Positions 1 to 10,092 of a stretch of DNA of 64,000 bases are shown piece after piece. Origin of the DNA: an uncultured virus (IMG/VR IMGVR_UViG_3300020469_000014) (taxonomy: Duplodnaviria; Heunggongvirae; Uroviricota; Caudoviricetes); the IMG/VR virus record IMGVR_UViG_3300020469_000014, positions 62,001-126,000 of that record; one strand, 5' to 3'. Within the stretch, counting starts at the first letter, position 1. Every line of letters starts with the position of its first letter. Below the pieces are notes generated by a model, which worked only from the letters and a program-made list of their open reading frames with translations, had not been told where the DNA came from and made no database searches. The position numbers were made by a program, and so were the translations under genes.

Positions 1-304
1 GTATCTCATTTGTCATCACATTATTCTTAAAGTATAAGAACTTATATTTGTTCATATATTTGAACAATACATTGTTACCCAAGCGTCCATCGAAGTACTC
101 ATACTGTTCAATACCTGTAGGAATACTGTACTTAAATCCATACTTTGAGACTTCACCCTCAGACTTGATAAGTCCGATAGAATCATGAGCACTAGAGATT
201 ATCTCAGGATATATCTCTGACAGTTCTCTTATAGCATCAACATCCGCACTGTTAAACAGATTAGGGTATTTGGATATTGAACTTAAGTGTTCTAAATTAA
301 CCAT
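1..304 (-). CDS. hypothetical protein, runs off the window start
   Basis: ATG at 304 overlaps the end of the 292..873 gene; frame MVNLEHLSSISKYPNLF... stays open to base 1. Confidence 0.6.
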   Translation of the reverse strand, partial: MVNLEHLSSISKYPNLFNSADVDAIRELSEIYPEIISSAHDSIGLIKSEGEVSKYGFKYSIPTGIEQYEYFDGRLGNNVLFKYMNKYKFLYFKNNVMTNEI

Positions 305-873
305 TCTTTTCCTTTTTGGTAACTGAACCAAGTGATAACAGAATATCTTTCACCTTTTGTCACAGGTTTGACCTCGTGTATGAACAAGTGATTACTTGGA
401 TATACATGAACAGAGTTGCTTTCAGATATCATATTATGATTACCCCAAAAACAAATATTGCCGCCCTCATAATCATCATTGATAGTATATGATGTGGTTA
501 CTGAACCAGCATCAGCATCAACGTCTGTGTGAGGAGATAGATAACCGCCTTCTGGATACTTACATAACCAGTATCCTGAGTATTTATCGTATATTGGGTC
601 TGTTGGTAATGTGCCTTTGTAATCATTGTATATTGCAGGCATCAATCTAATGTGTGCCTTGTGAATCAAATCAAATATCTTTCCATGCTCAGGTTCTATC
701 AACATTTGTGACCTGTAACCTTTCAAGTTATAGTATGAAGTAGGAGGAGGATTGTCTGGTTCAGGCCAATCTAATCCTTTAACGAGTTCGAGCAATCGTC
801 TATGATCGACTGTAGAAAGAACATTCCCATGATGAAAGATATAGTGAAGTAGTCCTTTTGTTTCATTCAGCAT
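292..873 (-). CDS. 2OG-Fe(II) oxygenase (prolyl 4-hydroxylase-like)
   Basis: KYPEGGYLSPHTD (HxD), NDDYEGG, HEVKPVTKGERYS (distal His and 2OG-binding RxS). Confidence 0.85.
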   Translation of the reverse strand: MLNETKGLLHYIFHHGNVLSTVDHRRLLELVKGLDWPEPDNPPPTSYYNLKGYRSQMLIEPEHGKIFDLIHKAHIRLMPAIYNDYKGTLPTDPIYDKYSGYWLCKYPEGGYLSPHTDVDADAGSVTTSYTINDDYEGGNICFWGNHNMISESNSVHVYPSNHLFIHEVKPVTKGERYSVITWFSYQKGKEWLI

Positions 874-1630
874 TGATATCTACGTTTAACGAGTCTGCAA
901 ATATAAATCCCGACAACGATGTTCTAGGCGTATCCTTATACCACCCCTTCTTCATTATTGCACTGTGCCACATGTATGAAGGATATATTATCAACCTATT
1001 GAATTTCATGGGAACATGATATTCTTCTTCCCATACATCTTCAATGAGCATTGTATCATTATCTATCATATCAGTTGCTTTATCAGAAAAATCATAGAAC
1101 CACTCTTTCAAATTCCAATACTCTTCCGTTCTTTTAAATGGTTTATGTATGTTTTCAGTATTAGTTAGACCAGTTGCCTTGTGTTTAAAAAATGAGGTTC
1201 CACCTTGTCCATCATTCAAATATAATACTGTTGCATATACTGCTGGGTCAATGTGTGGTTGCACCGATACCCTAGGCACTTGTCTGTCACTAAACATTGA
1301 ATTGACCTGATATGACACTTTCGCATAATTAGTATCAATATTCTCAAATTCTGTACACTTCTCAATCATATGAAAAATAAGTTTACTCAACTCTGGCAGT
1401 TCAATGAATAACCTAGACTGATAGCCTGGGAATACCTCATCGGGTTCACCCCTGCTGTCTAGATCATTATATTGCATAGGCAATTTCTCCACCACCTCAC
1501 TAATGAAGTCATGGGGATTCTCCAGCACGTCATCAATTATGATTACTGGATGTGATTCTACTCTGGATACTTCATACTTTACTTCATCATTGACTCTGTG
1601 AGTCTCGTCATTAACAATGTTCAAATTCAT
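863..1630 (-). CDS. DUF6445-like 2OG-Fe(II) oxygenase-fold protein
   Basis: IIIDDVLENP, PHID, VLYLN-GGTSF, FNRLIIYPSYMWHS. Confidence 0.7.
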   Translation of the reverse strand: MNLNIVNDETHRVNDEVKYEVSRVESHPVIIIDDVLENPHDFISEVVEKLPMQYNDLDSRGEPDEVFPGYQSRLFIELPELSKLIFHMIEKCTEFENIDTNYAKVSYQVNSMFSDRQVPRVSVQPHIDPAVYATVLYLNDGQGGTSFFKHKATGLTNTENIHKPFKRTEEYWNLKEWFYDFSDKATDMIDNDTMLIEDVWEEEYHVPMKFNRLIIYPSYMWHSAIMKKGWYKDTPRTSLSGFIFADSLNVDINAE

Positions 1631-1633
1631 GGT

Positions 1634-1903
1634 TTATAATTGTAGGTTGTATTCAGCAATCATGGCGAACATCTTACTTTGTATATGTTCTAGGTATGAT
1701 TTGTTGATTGGCGGTATATCCTCAAATGTATTAAGATAATCGGTGACAGTGTGATGAAGTATTCTTACCTCTTCAATTCCCATCACCGCCTCACAATGCC
1801 AATCACCATCATGAAACTCTTCTGGTAACCACTCTTCAGGACTTTCCATATCCACCAGTCTTAAGACTTTCAATTTCATCTTTGAGTTCTTTGATTGCCT
1901 CAA
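1634..1903 (-). CDS. hypothetical protein (true start probably the internal MESPEEW)
   Basis: ORF track; fills the gap between co-oriented genes. Confidence 0.55.
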   Translation of the reverse strand: MRQSKNSKMKLKVLRLVDMESPEEWLPEEFHDGDWHCEAVMGIEEVRILHHTVTDYLNTFEDIPPINKSYLEHIQSKMFAMIAEYNLQL

Positions 1904-4900
1904 TCAGTACTGGGACTAACTTCTCATATTTAACAGTTAAGTAATTGTCATTTTCTCGTTTAACAACTGCCTCTGGGAAGACCTTTTCTACCTCTTGTGC
2001 AGATACGCCGAGGTGTCTACCTTTTGGTAATCTAAGTTCTCTACCTGTCTCATTAAACTCATATGTAAATCCTCTAAGTTCACATACCTTAGCAACAGCA
2101 CCTTCAATCTGTTCAAGATTCTGTTTCAATCTCATGTCAGATGCGAAGGCAGTGATGTCTCCACCAACTGATAGGTTATTGCTACTAGCATTGAATGTTA
2201 ATCCACCATCTGCCTGTAGTGATTGATTACCACTTGAACCACCAAGAATAACATTCTTGCTACCAGATGCACCTCCAATATTAACTTGTGATGCGGAAGC
2301 AGCGTTACCAGTGATATTACCACTGATACTACTAGCACTAAGGGCAGAAACCGATAAGGTAGTTCCATCAAATGTAAAGTTAGAACTAGATGTAGTGTTG
2401 TTGCTTGAAGTGTTATAAGGAACTCTATTTGCACCAATAGCAATGTTGCTTGCTACTGTTGCAGTATCAGCGTTACCAGCGAATCCACCAGCAGCAGTGA
2501 ATGTTCCAGTAACCGTTAAGTTATTAATACTAGAAGAACCAGTGATAGTCGCATCAGCACCTGTGATTCCATCAGGGAAGGCACCAGCACCACCTTGGAA
2601 GATACCAGTTGCAGTAATGTCCTTGACTTTAGTACTACCATTGGAGTCTCTACCCATGATAGATGCACCACTTGTCCAGTTACTATCAATCATTGATAGT
2701 CCATCAAGTAAGTCAGCGTTCAAGTTTACACACTTAATAGTTGATGATGTCTTAATAGGTGGTACGTTTGTTGCAATAGATTCAAACTGGAATGACTTAA
2801 TTTGTCCAGCAGGACCTGCATCAATACTCATGTTTGAATTACCACCAGCACTCAGAGCGGTAATAATACCAACGTCAGCGGTGATCTTAGGAGCAGCAAG
2901 TCCGTCACCACCAGGCGACATATTGATTCTCGCCATTGTCATAGCGAAACCAGTGATACAAGTATAAAGACCAGCGTTAGCAAAGATAGTTAACTGTTCT
3001 GACTCTACGCCAGGATTAGGACCATACTTACTACCAATATATCTGGTAAGCATACCATCAGAGTCAACATCATTCGAGAAGTATGCGTCAGGTCCGATTA
3101 AGTCATCAGTAAATGTGATGTCTGTAGATGTAAGTTGATCAATGTTTGCAATTTCAATGTCAGCAGAACCAGTGTTAGGAACTATTAAGTTAGTAATTGT
3201 GGCGTTAGTGACTGTCTCGTTAGCAATAGTCGCACTGTTTGTTACTTCTAAGTTAGTAGTAATACCTGTGAATACTCTGTTCTCATTGACATATTGTGTG
3301 CCCACATGAGATAGAGTTGTAATACCAATGTCAGCATACAATCCGTTAGTAACTACACCAACTGTGACGTTCAGATCAGTAATAATACCAGCAGTTGCAT
3401 ACAAATCTTTCTTAACCGAAAGTGTATCAATACCAGCGTTGATAGCATTAACAAATGTACCATTGAATGTACCACCTTCACACTCTAAGTTACCAACCTC
3501 AAGTGTGCCTGTGATTGTACTTACACCTGAGAATGTGGACTTATAAGGTCCCTCAATGTGAATTGCAGATGCAGGCTTGAAGGTTACATAAGTACCAACA
3601 AATTCTGCATTGTAAAGTCTAGATGTACCAGCCTCATGTACCTGTGTATAGAAACCATGTTGTTCCCAAGGGATTCCGTCATAAGAAATACCACCTGTAG
3701 TGTTATATCCCCAGAAGTTTGCGTTCTTCTTGATGACCAATGTGTCATAAGACACACCAGCAAATGACTGGTTAGCAGCGAAGGTAACGATACCTGACAC
3801 AAACAAGTCTTTGATCTTGGCAACACCATTGACCTCAAATGAATCCTTGAAGTTAAATATACCAACACCAGACTGTCCAATACCAATCTGATCAAACCTA
3901 TAGAATGATCTGTCTCTCTCCTGTGAAACTGCACCAAATCTTCTCCACTCACCCTCTGCAAAGATATGACCTAAGTATCCACCAGCGTTAGGAACACCAA
4001 CGAATGAAATATCACCTGATCTTGCAGCAGTTAATGGTGTAGAGATACCAACTGTGAACACTTTACCCTGTGGGGCATCTCCTCTAAGAGATAGGTTTAC
4101 AGTCTCAATACCATCTGCGGAAGTGTTGGTAAGTTTCTCTGTCATGTTGACAGGACCATAGAACTGTGATGTCCTATTGTTATTGTCTCCACCCTCAACT
4201 GTGAGTGATTCTCTAATCAATACTTCATCAAATACACCTGATGCTCTCTTGATTGTCTCTGCTTCAGCATCGTCACCAACATAGGTGAACACTGGCGCTT
4301 CAAGAACTTCCTCTTCACCTGTAATAGATGATAACTTCTTATATCCTGTGAAGAAGTCTCCAGAGTCGTTCATACCAGTATAAACAACTGTACCACCGTC
4401 TAGTTCTTTCTTCTGAGCAGATAATGTCTCTTGATCTGAAAGAACTCTATCCTGTTTCTGTGGTAATGATGTTGAGTAGTTTCCTGATCCGTAACCAAGA
4501 TATTCAAACGTATGACCAGATGCACGAAGAATCGAAGGTCTACGAAGTTCCATAGCGAGAACCTTGATCTTCTTGATCGTAGTTCCTGTTATGGCAGATG
4601 ATGCCAGTGTACCAAACTGACCTCTAAGAATATTATTAATGTTGTCAGAGGTGAATCTTACGACTTCACCATTGATCATACAGTAGTCTCCTCTTCTGAA
4701 TCCTTCAGTAGATGAGAGTGTGATGGTAGTATCAGTAGATGTCAGTGGGGCATTGATTGTGGTAGAAATACCTGTATAGAAGTATGAAGATCTACCAGCA
4801 AGATTATTCTCACCAGCACTCAATGACTTACCGTTTGCAGATATACCAGTACCAAACAGTCTGTTGGAAACTAGTGAGTATGATGTATCAATACCAGCAG

Positions 4901-7900
4901 TGATGATACCAACGTTGAAAGTAATACTTCTAAGTGGTAAACCATCCTCTACACCTTGAACAACTAACTTCCTATCATCAAATAGTGGGTTTCCAGTTCC
5001 TTGAATAACAAATGCGTTACCAGCCACAAGTGCGTGGTTGTCATCTGTTCTGAGTGTTGAAATTCCTGTCTCTTTAGAGACATCAATATAAGTAACACCA
5101 ACACCAATGTTTGCTAAGTGATATGTTGGAACTCTTCTATCGTCTCTATCTGTGAAGTATGGGTCAAGATTTCTCGAAGTTCCAATCTCAACAGAAATAG
5201 ACTTGGATGAAGGAACATCAACAATTTTAAATGTACCGTTTAACTTAGGATCTTCAAAACCAGAGAGGTTCAATCCATCTCCTATATTTGTGAAGATAGA
5301 TGTAACTGACACCACACCAGCGACACTAGGAGCGCCAGCAGGGAATGAAGATACAGTCATGGTATTACCGATACCATATCCACAACCACCATCTAATAGT
5401 GATGCACCAGTAATAGTACCAGCAGCTGAGACTGTGATTTTAGCAGAAGCATTTCTACCAATCAGAGCAGAGTTCTCAAGGTCTGCAGCGTAGATTACAG
5501 TTGAAATACCTGATCCATTGTTGTATCCAGCGCCAGGATTAACAACACTCAAACCCTTAACAGAGTTGAAGTTATGTTCAACTTCGGTGAATAGAGTAAC
5601 AGTTGTATTACCTGTACCAGTAATTATCGCGCCAGTAGCAGCAAAACCTACCTGTTGCCCCTGCATGAAGTACCCAAGAGACTCTTTGGTGATAGATCTC
5701 TTCTTATCACTAGTGATAACTTCACCAATAACTGCGGCACTAGCATGAGTGATAGTGGGTTCTGGATCAGACTCGTAGTTGTCTCTATCTTGTTGTGGAT
5801 ATAGATTTCTTACGTCTTGTTGGAAAGACTTAGTAGATACACCAAATCCAAGATCCTTATCAAGTGGAATAGATGCACAAACCATAGTGATGTTGTACAC
5901 ACCGTCTTGTCCAGATGTGCCAGGTACATGAGGTTTGTTCTCTTGTACTCTGTAAACTGTGAAACTATCAACTGCCTTTGATCTTTGAACTGTAGGTAGC
6001 GATTCAATCTGTTGTTGAGTAGTTCTCTGGTTTACCTGATTAAGGAACAGGCCTGGATCTGTACTGATACCAGTGACAGTGAACTTCTTAGTTGAAATAA
6101 CATTATCAACACCAAACTCACCATTATATCCTAACTTGAATGTTCCTAGACTATTGTTGACACTATCAATGTTCCTGATAGTAACAGTGTCTCCTTTCTG
6201 TAGTCTATGTGGTTCTTCAGTTGTAAATGAAATAGTCTGAGCATTATAAGTTGCCGTCTTAACAATTTTGACGTTCTTAAGTTGAGTTGGATTACTTAAG
6301 TCTGCACTCAAGAATGATGCACTACTTACACCAACTGTCTTAGACTCTTGTAGAATGAAACCAGGCTTAGGAGCACGAGCATTGATATGTTCTTTTGGAA
6401 TAACATATCTAATTCTATAGAGTCTGTCGAGTAGAGATCTATTATCAACTCTTCTCTTGAGGAATGTAGTTCCTGTTTCCTCTCCAATCACACCAACACC
6501 GATAGTATTGATAGCAGAGAAGATAGTATTATCAGCAGTGCTTGAAGAACCAGTTAGATACCAACCACCAACTGTGTTAGGAATACTATTAATGGTATAA
6601 GTACTCTCATCAAACTGCATTGGGTGGCCTGGATCGCCAGGATTCTTGTCCGATACAGTAGATCTTATTCTTAACTTACCACCACCATTAGAAATACCAG
6701 TAATAGGTCGTCTAGAAGCAGCATCGTTAAATGTAGATGCTAACTGAATTCTGTCTGCAGCGAGTGTACCACCAGAGATTGCAAAGTAAATCTTATCATT
6801 GAAGATACCACTTGGAGTTTCACCAGTATTACTGAATACTCTGACTTTCTCACCATTTACAAGTTGATGAGCGGTCTTGAACTGGAATACGTTAGAAATA
6901 ATGGCGTTGACACCAGAGTTTCTAATAACCTCATACTCTTTGAATCCAGAAGTTCCGATACCACTAGGAACTTGCATAAAGACAGGAGACTGATAAGTCT
7001 CTTGTACTGCCTGTCCAGATAGAGTATTAACTAAACTTAGGAATAGTGTATCGTTATTTCTTGCACCAACTTTGAATGAATCAATCTCTGCTGGAGGAAC
7101 AATCTCTTGGTTGTTATAACCAAACAGATAGAATCTATCAGTTACACCAACACCAATGGTTTTTCTAGTATCAATGGTCAACCAAGATACAGTAGAGTCC
7201 TCTCTTGTAATCTCTCTTGGTGGAATGACGTGAGTGATATAACCAACATCATCTCTGTCGAATGAGTCTGGACGGAAACCTGTAGACTCAAGAGCAGTTT
7301 GTCCAAAGTTGGAGTTAGAGTTGGTAATTGATGCGTCACCGCCTCGTTCTGCATGGAAGTGACGAGCATACGCAATAGCGAACACAGAAACCAACTGAAT
7401 AACAGAGTTATTCCTAGTCCTCATGTGAGAGGTTTCAAAATTTGGTTTGTATATCGCCCTTGAGTTAGAGTGTAGTGGTTTATCTGACTCTGATACTGTA
7501 GTAGTATCGTTGAATATTGCAGTTGTAGGGTTGTAAAGTATGAAAGCGTTGTCGTCTTTCTGAATTGAGATACCAGTGAACTGAGCACAAACCATAGATT
7601 TGAAACCAGTTGCCTTGTCACCATCACAATCCAATCCGTTCATACCGAACACTGATCGGAGTGATACGTTAAAGATGTATGGAGAAGCAGATCCAACAGT
7701 ATCAGACTCAACTACAATACTAGAGTTCTGAATTTCTTGTGCAGTTGGTAGTGCATTACTAGGAACATTTGGTGTCTGAACTGTGAACTGAGTACTACTT
7801 GAAACTTCATCTACAAGGAACGAACCATTGTAGGAGTTGATTGCAGTTGTAATACCAGCAATTAAAACAGGAGTATCTTTAAATAGTCCATGTGCCTTGT

Positions 7901-8819
7901 TAGTCTCAATGGTCAGAGTTGCCGTTGGTGTATTACCATCACCCGCTCTGATAGATGTAACACCAACTGGATCTGCTTGTAAATCACCAACAATTCTAAA
8001 TTCATCAACACTTGGTTCAAAATCATCAAATGTAGGATAGTTTCCAACTGGTCTACCAGATGAGTCTCCGTATGCCTTTGCAACCTTGAAGTAGAACATA
8101 TCAAGGTCTGTCAATGTACTATCTGTACCATCGATCAAGACGTTGTTTACACCATCAGCATAAGTAAATGTTGCTAACTTGTGGTGTGAATATGAAGGAG
8201 TTTTTCTGTTACTATCATAGTCATAGTATGCAGTCTTGGTGATATCTGCATCAAAAATAGTGAATGCCGTAAAGTAACAAGTACCAGTAACTCTAAGAAC
8301 ACCACCATATTCCATATCATCATTCAGAGGATCTGGAACATAAAGAGGTCTAAGTTTGGTTTTACGAAGATCCAAACCAATGATAGATGTACCACGAGGC
8401 ATGATAGCACCACCTTCGGTACTATTATACTTGTACAGTTCGTTATTAGGATCTAAAACATCAAAGTTTGTTTCAGTTGTAAACTGTTCTAATGAAGTTA
8501 CTTCATATCCAGCGTTCTTTCTGCACTTAAATTCTGCGTTGCCACCATTATTTGTGACAGTAAATCCAGGCCTGTTATCAATGTAGTGTACGCCAGGATA
8601 TGCTAAGATAGTTGTTCTGTCTATCTTATCGTTATTTTTACCAACCTGATATGAAAATCTTGCAGCCTCAATCAGTGCCCTCTGAATCGTCTTGAAGGGT
8701 CTTGTCTGAGAGTTACCTCGGTTTTCAATACTATCAGTAGCGTCAAAGTCACTTGGGTTTACATAGAGTATATTACCCTCAGCGTTCTTTAGAAAGTTTT
8801 CTAATCTTGATAGAGGCAT
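1836..8819 (-). CDS. large virion structural/tail-fibre protein with C-terminal intramolecular chaperone (peptidase S74-like)
   Basis: Cyanomyophage-type N-terminus MPLSRLENFLKN...ILYV...RPFKTIQRALIEAARFSY; G/T/S/I-rich beta repeats; C-terminal SDMRLKQN...LRGFTY...GVSAQEV...VKYEKLVPVLIEAIKEL. Confidence 0.8.
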   Translation of the reverse strand: MPLSRLENFLKNAEGNILYVNPSDFDATDSIENRGNSQTRPFKTIQRALIEAARFSYQVGKNNDKIDRTTILAYPGVHYIDNRPGFTVTNNGGNAEFKCRKNAGYEVTSLEQFTTETNFDVLDPNNELYKYNSTEGGAIMPRGTSIIGLDLRKTKLRPLYVPDPLNDDMEYGGVLRVTGTCYFTAFTIFDADITKTAYYDYDSNRKTPSYSHHKLATFTYADGVNNVLIDGTDSTLTDLDMFYFKVAKAYGDSSGRPVGNYPTFDDFEPSVDEFRIVGDLQADPVGVTSIRAGDGNTPTATLTIETNKAHGLFKDTPVLIAGITTAINSYNGSFLVDEVSSSTQFTVQTPNVPSNALPTAQEIQNSSIVVESDTVGSASPYIFNVSLRSVFGMNGLDCDGDKATGFKSMVCAQFTGISIQKDDNAFILYNPTTAIFNDTTTVSESDKPLHSNSRAIYKPNFETSHMRTRNNSVIQLVSVFAIAYARHFHAERGGDASITNSNSNFGQTALESTGFRPDSFDRDDVGYITHVIPPREITREDSTVSWLTIDTRKTIGVGVTDRFYLFGYNNQEIVPPAEIDSFKVGARNNDTLFLSLVNTLSGQAVQETYQSPVFMQVPSGIGTSGFKEYEVIRNSGVNAIISNVFQFKTAHQLVNGEKVRVFSNTGETPSGIFNDKIYFAISGGTLAADRIQLASTFNDAASRRPITGISNGGGKLRIRSTVSDKNPGDPGHPMQFDESTYTINSIPNTVGGWYLTGSSSTADNTIFSAINTIGVGVIGEETGTTFLKRRVDNRSLLDRLYRIRYVIPKEHINARAPKPGFILQESKTVGVSSASFLSADLSNPTQLKNVKIVKTATYNAQTISFTTEEPHRLQKGDTVTIRNIDSVNNSLGTFKLGYNGEFGVDNVISTKKFTVTGISTDPGLFLNQVNQRTTQQQIESLPTVQRSKAVDSFTVYRVQENKPHVPGTSGQDGVYNITMVCASIPLDKDLGFGVSTKSFQQDVRNLYPQQDRDNYESDPEPTITHASAAVIGEVITSDKKRSITKESLGYFMQGQQVGFAATGAIITGTGNTTVTLFTEVEHNFNSVKGLSVVNPGAGYNNGSGISTVIYAADLENSALIGRNASAKITVSAAGTITGASLLDGGCGYGIGNTMTVSSFPAGAPSVAGVVSVTSIFTNIGDGLNLSGFEDPKLNGTFKIVDVPSSKSISVEIGTSRNLDPYFTDRDDRRVPTYHLANIGVGVTYIDVSKETGISTLRTDDNHALVAGNAFVIQGTGNPLFDDRKLVVQGVEDGLPLRSITFNVGIITAGIDTSYSLVSNRLFGTGISANGKSLSAGENNLAGRSSYFYTGISTTINAPLTSTDTTITLSSTEGFRRGDYCMINGEVVRFTSDNINNILRGQFGTLASSAITGTTIKKIKVLAMELRRPSILRASGHTFEYLGYGSGNYSTSLPQKQDRVLSDQETLSAQKKELDGGTVVYTGMNDSGDFFTGYKKLSSITGEEEVLEAPVFTYVGDDAEAETIKRASGVFDEVLIRESLTVEGGDNNNRTSQFYGPVNMTEKLTNTSADGIETVNLSLRGDAPQGKVFTVGISTPLTAARSGDISFVGVPNAGGYLGHIFAEGEWRRFGAVSQERDRSFYRFDQIGIGQSGVGIFNFKDSFEVNGVAKIKDLFVSGIVTFAANQSFAGVSYDTLVIKKNANFWGYNTTGGISYDGIPWEQHGFYTQVHEAGTSRLYNAEFVGTYVTFKPASAIHIEGPYKSTFSGVSTITGTLEVGNLECEGGTFNGTFVNAINAGIDTLSVKKDLYATAGIITDLNVTVGVVTNGLYADIGITTLSHVGTQYVNENRVFTGITTNLEVTNSATIANETVTNATITNLIVPNTGSADIEIANIDQLTSTDITFTDDLIGPDAYFSNDVDSDGMLTRYIGSKYGPNPGVESEQLTIFANAGLYTCITGFAMTMARINMSPGGDGLAAPKITADVGIITALSAGGNSNMSIDAGPAGQIKSFQFESIATNVPPIKTSSTIKCVNLNADLLDGLSMIDSNWTSGASIMGRDSNGSTKVKDITATGIFQGGAGAFPDGITGADATITGSSSINNLTVTGTFTAAGGFAGNADTATVASNIAIGANRVPYNTSSNNTTSSSNFTFDGTTLSVSALSASSISGNITGNAASASQVNIGGASGSKNVILGGSSGNQSLQADGGLTFNASSNNLSVGGDITAFASDMRLKQNLEQIEGAVAKVCELRGFTYEFNETGRELRLPKGRHLGVSAQEVEKVFPEAVVKRENDNYLTVKYEKLVPVLIEAIKELKDEIESLKTGGYGKS

Positions 8820-8851
8820 CGCACCAACAACCTATAAAATTTCTTCTAACC

Positions 8852-8858
8852 TATTTAG
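8852..8858 (-). promoter_or_regulatory. T4-type late promoter (CTAAATA)
   Basis: CTAAATA about 33 nt upstream of the structural gene start. Confidence 0.55.
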
Positions 8859-8876
8859 ACAGGATCAAATGACTAT

Positions 8877-9581
8877 CTATAAAAATATGGCCTGTGTTAT
8901 CCTATCTACGTCAGTAAATTTACCCGTATTCATGATTGGAGATTGTAATATGTCAGCAGGAATGATTATTGCCCTATTAAATTTCATACCAAAAGTAAAC
9001 TCCCTACCCCAAGTAAATTTAGAGTCATAAACATCTTTAATAATATCAAAATGTTTTTTAGTGGCATACATTGCCTTCATATCTTCAACTACTGAAGTCC
9101 TTCCAGCAAAATTCCATAGGTTTGTTCCACCAAAACATTCTTCCTCATGGTTTAAATATATCTCTATCTTAAATTGGAAAGGCGATGGGTTATGTTCATA
9201 CCATAGTTGAAAAGGTATGAGTCGATCTGGTTGATCTGTCATTGTCTTTTCATTTAGATACTCTACAAGAAACCACATGTATGACATATTTTCGTCAATC
9301 GTTGGTCTATCGCATGTTCTGCCCCAATGTTCATCGTCATGACATATCTGTTTGATCACATGTTCTATATTTTTCCTTAGTTCATCTGTTTGATATGCAG
9401 CTCTTTCTATTCCATTAGGGTGATTACTAAATGGAATATCTTTTTTTCTATCCAACTTTAAAGCTAATCTTCTAACTTCCTCTGGATTTTCATAAAAATT
9501 ATCTATGACCATAGCACTCCTACCATCTATGCCTATGTCTGTGATGGCAGTAGCTTCTAAATTTTCACTTAATTCAAACAT
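8877..9581 (-). CDS. DUF6445-like protein lacking the apparent metal ligands
   Basis: VIDNFYENPEEVR, IYLN...GGT and KFNRAII motifs present, but no HxD and no distal His. Confidence 0.6.
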   Translation of the reverse strand: MFELSENLEATAITDIGIDGRSAMVIDNFYENPEEVRRLALKLDRKKDIPFSNHPNGIERAAYQTDELRKNIEHVIKQICHDDEHWGRTCDRPTIDENMSYMWFLVEYLNEKTMTDQPDRLIPFQLWYEHNPSPFQFKIEIYLNHEEECFGGTNLWNFAGRTSVVEDMKAMYATKKHFDIIKDVYDSKFTWGREFTFGMKFNRAIIIPADILQSPIMNTGKFTDVDRITQAIFL

Positions 9582-9762
9582 CTTTGTTCTTTTCTTCCAC
9601 TAAATGTTCAACTTCTGAGGCAACCTTACCCATTACCTCTCTTACATCAGTTCCTGATCCAGAGGTATAATAGTAATCTGTTCCTTTCGGAGCATAATGT
9701 CTGGTGTGGAGTGTCCAATGCCACTGTTCAATATTTTTTGAATACCAGAATTGTAATCTCAT
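9574..9762 (-). CDS. hypothetical protein
   Basis: ORF track; overlaps the next gene's start. Confidence 0.6.
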   Translation of the reverse strand: MRLQFWYSKNIEQWHWTLHTRHYAPKGTDYYYTSGSGTDVREVMGKVASEVEHLVEEKNKDV

Positions 9763-9782
9763 GAGTGTTTTAATTTATATAG

Positions 9783-10070
9783 GAGGGGGCAGAGCCCCCA
9801 CAGTCACTTGGTTAACAAGGAGTGACTAATCCCCGATTGCCCCTTAAGCAGCGACGAGTTCGTCAGTGCGGGCAAATTCTCTTGTAAGAATACGAGAGAA
9901 CGCTACGATGTTATTCGCAGCAGTGTCAGATGTTTTTGCATCTATGGTTTGCTCTCCGAGCAGGTTTTCAGTCATGTTCCGTATACCCTGTCGAGACCAT
10001 GGCATCCCCTTGAATGGAGATGAGGGGAATCGAACCCCTGTCCAGAATGTCGATTACACCACCTACATGT
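9783..10070 (-). ncRNA. ssrA: circularly permuted two-piece tmRNA
   Basis: On the minus strand the T-arm/acceptor 3' half GGACAGGGG-TTCGATT-CCCCT-CATCTCCA (ends 10015) precedes a 5-nt spacer and the 5' half GGGGATGCCATGGTCTCGAC (starts 10009). 7-bp acceptor stem with G3:U70; tag frame ending ...ANNIVAFSR...LVAA-stop (stop 9844-9846); terminal hairpin near 9785-9800. Outer ends approximate. Confidence 0.92.
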
Positions 10071-10092
10071 CTTTTTGAGTCATACATCAGGA

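Noticed and set aside
1945..8586. Many short ORFs within the 2327-aa gene
   Set aside because: Antisense or alternate-frame shadows caused by codon bias
10015..10045. tRNA 3'-end fragment that could be an attP site
   Set aside because: It is the acceptor piece of the permuted tmRNA; no integrase in the window
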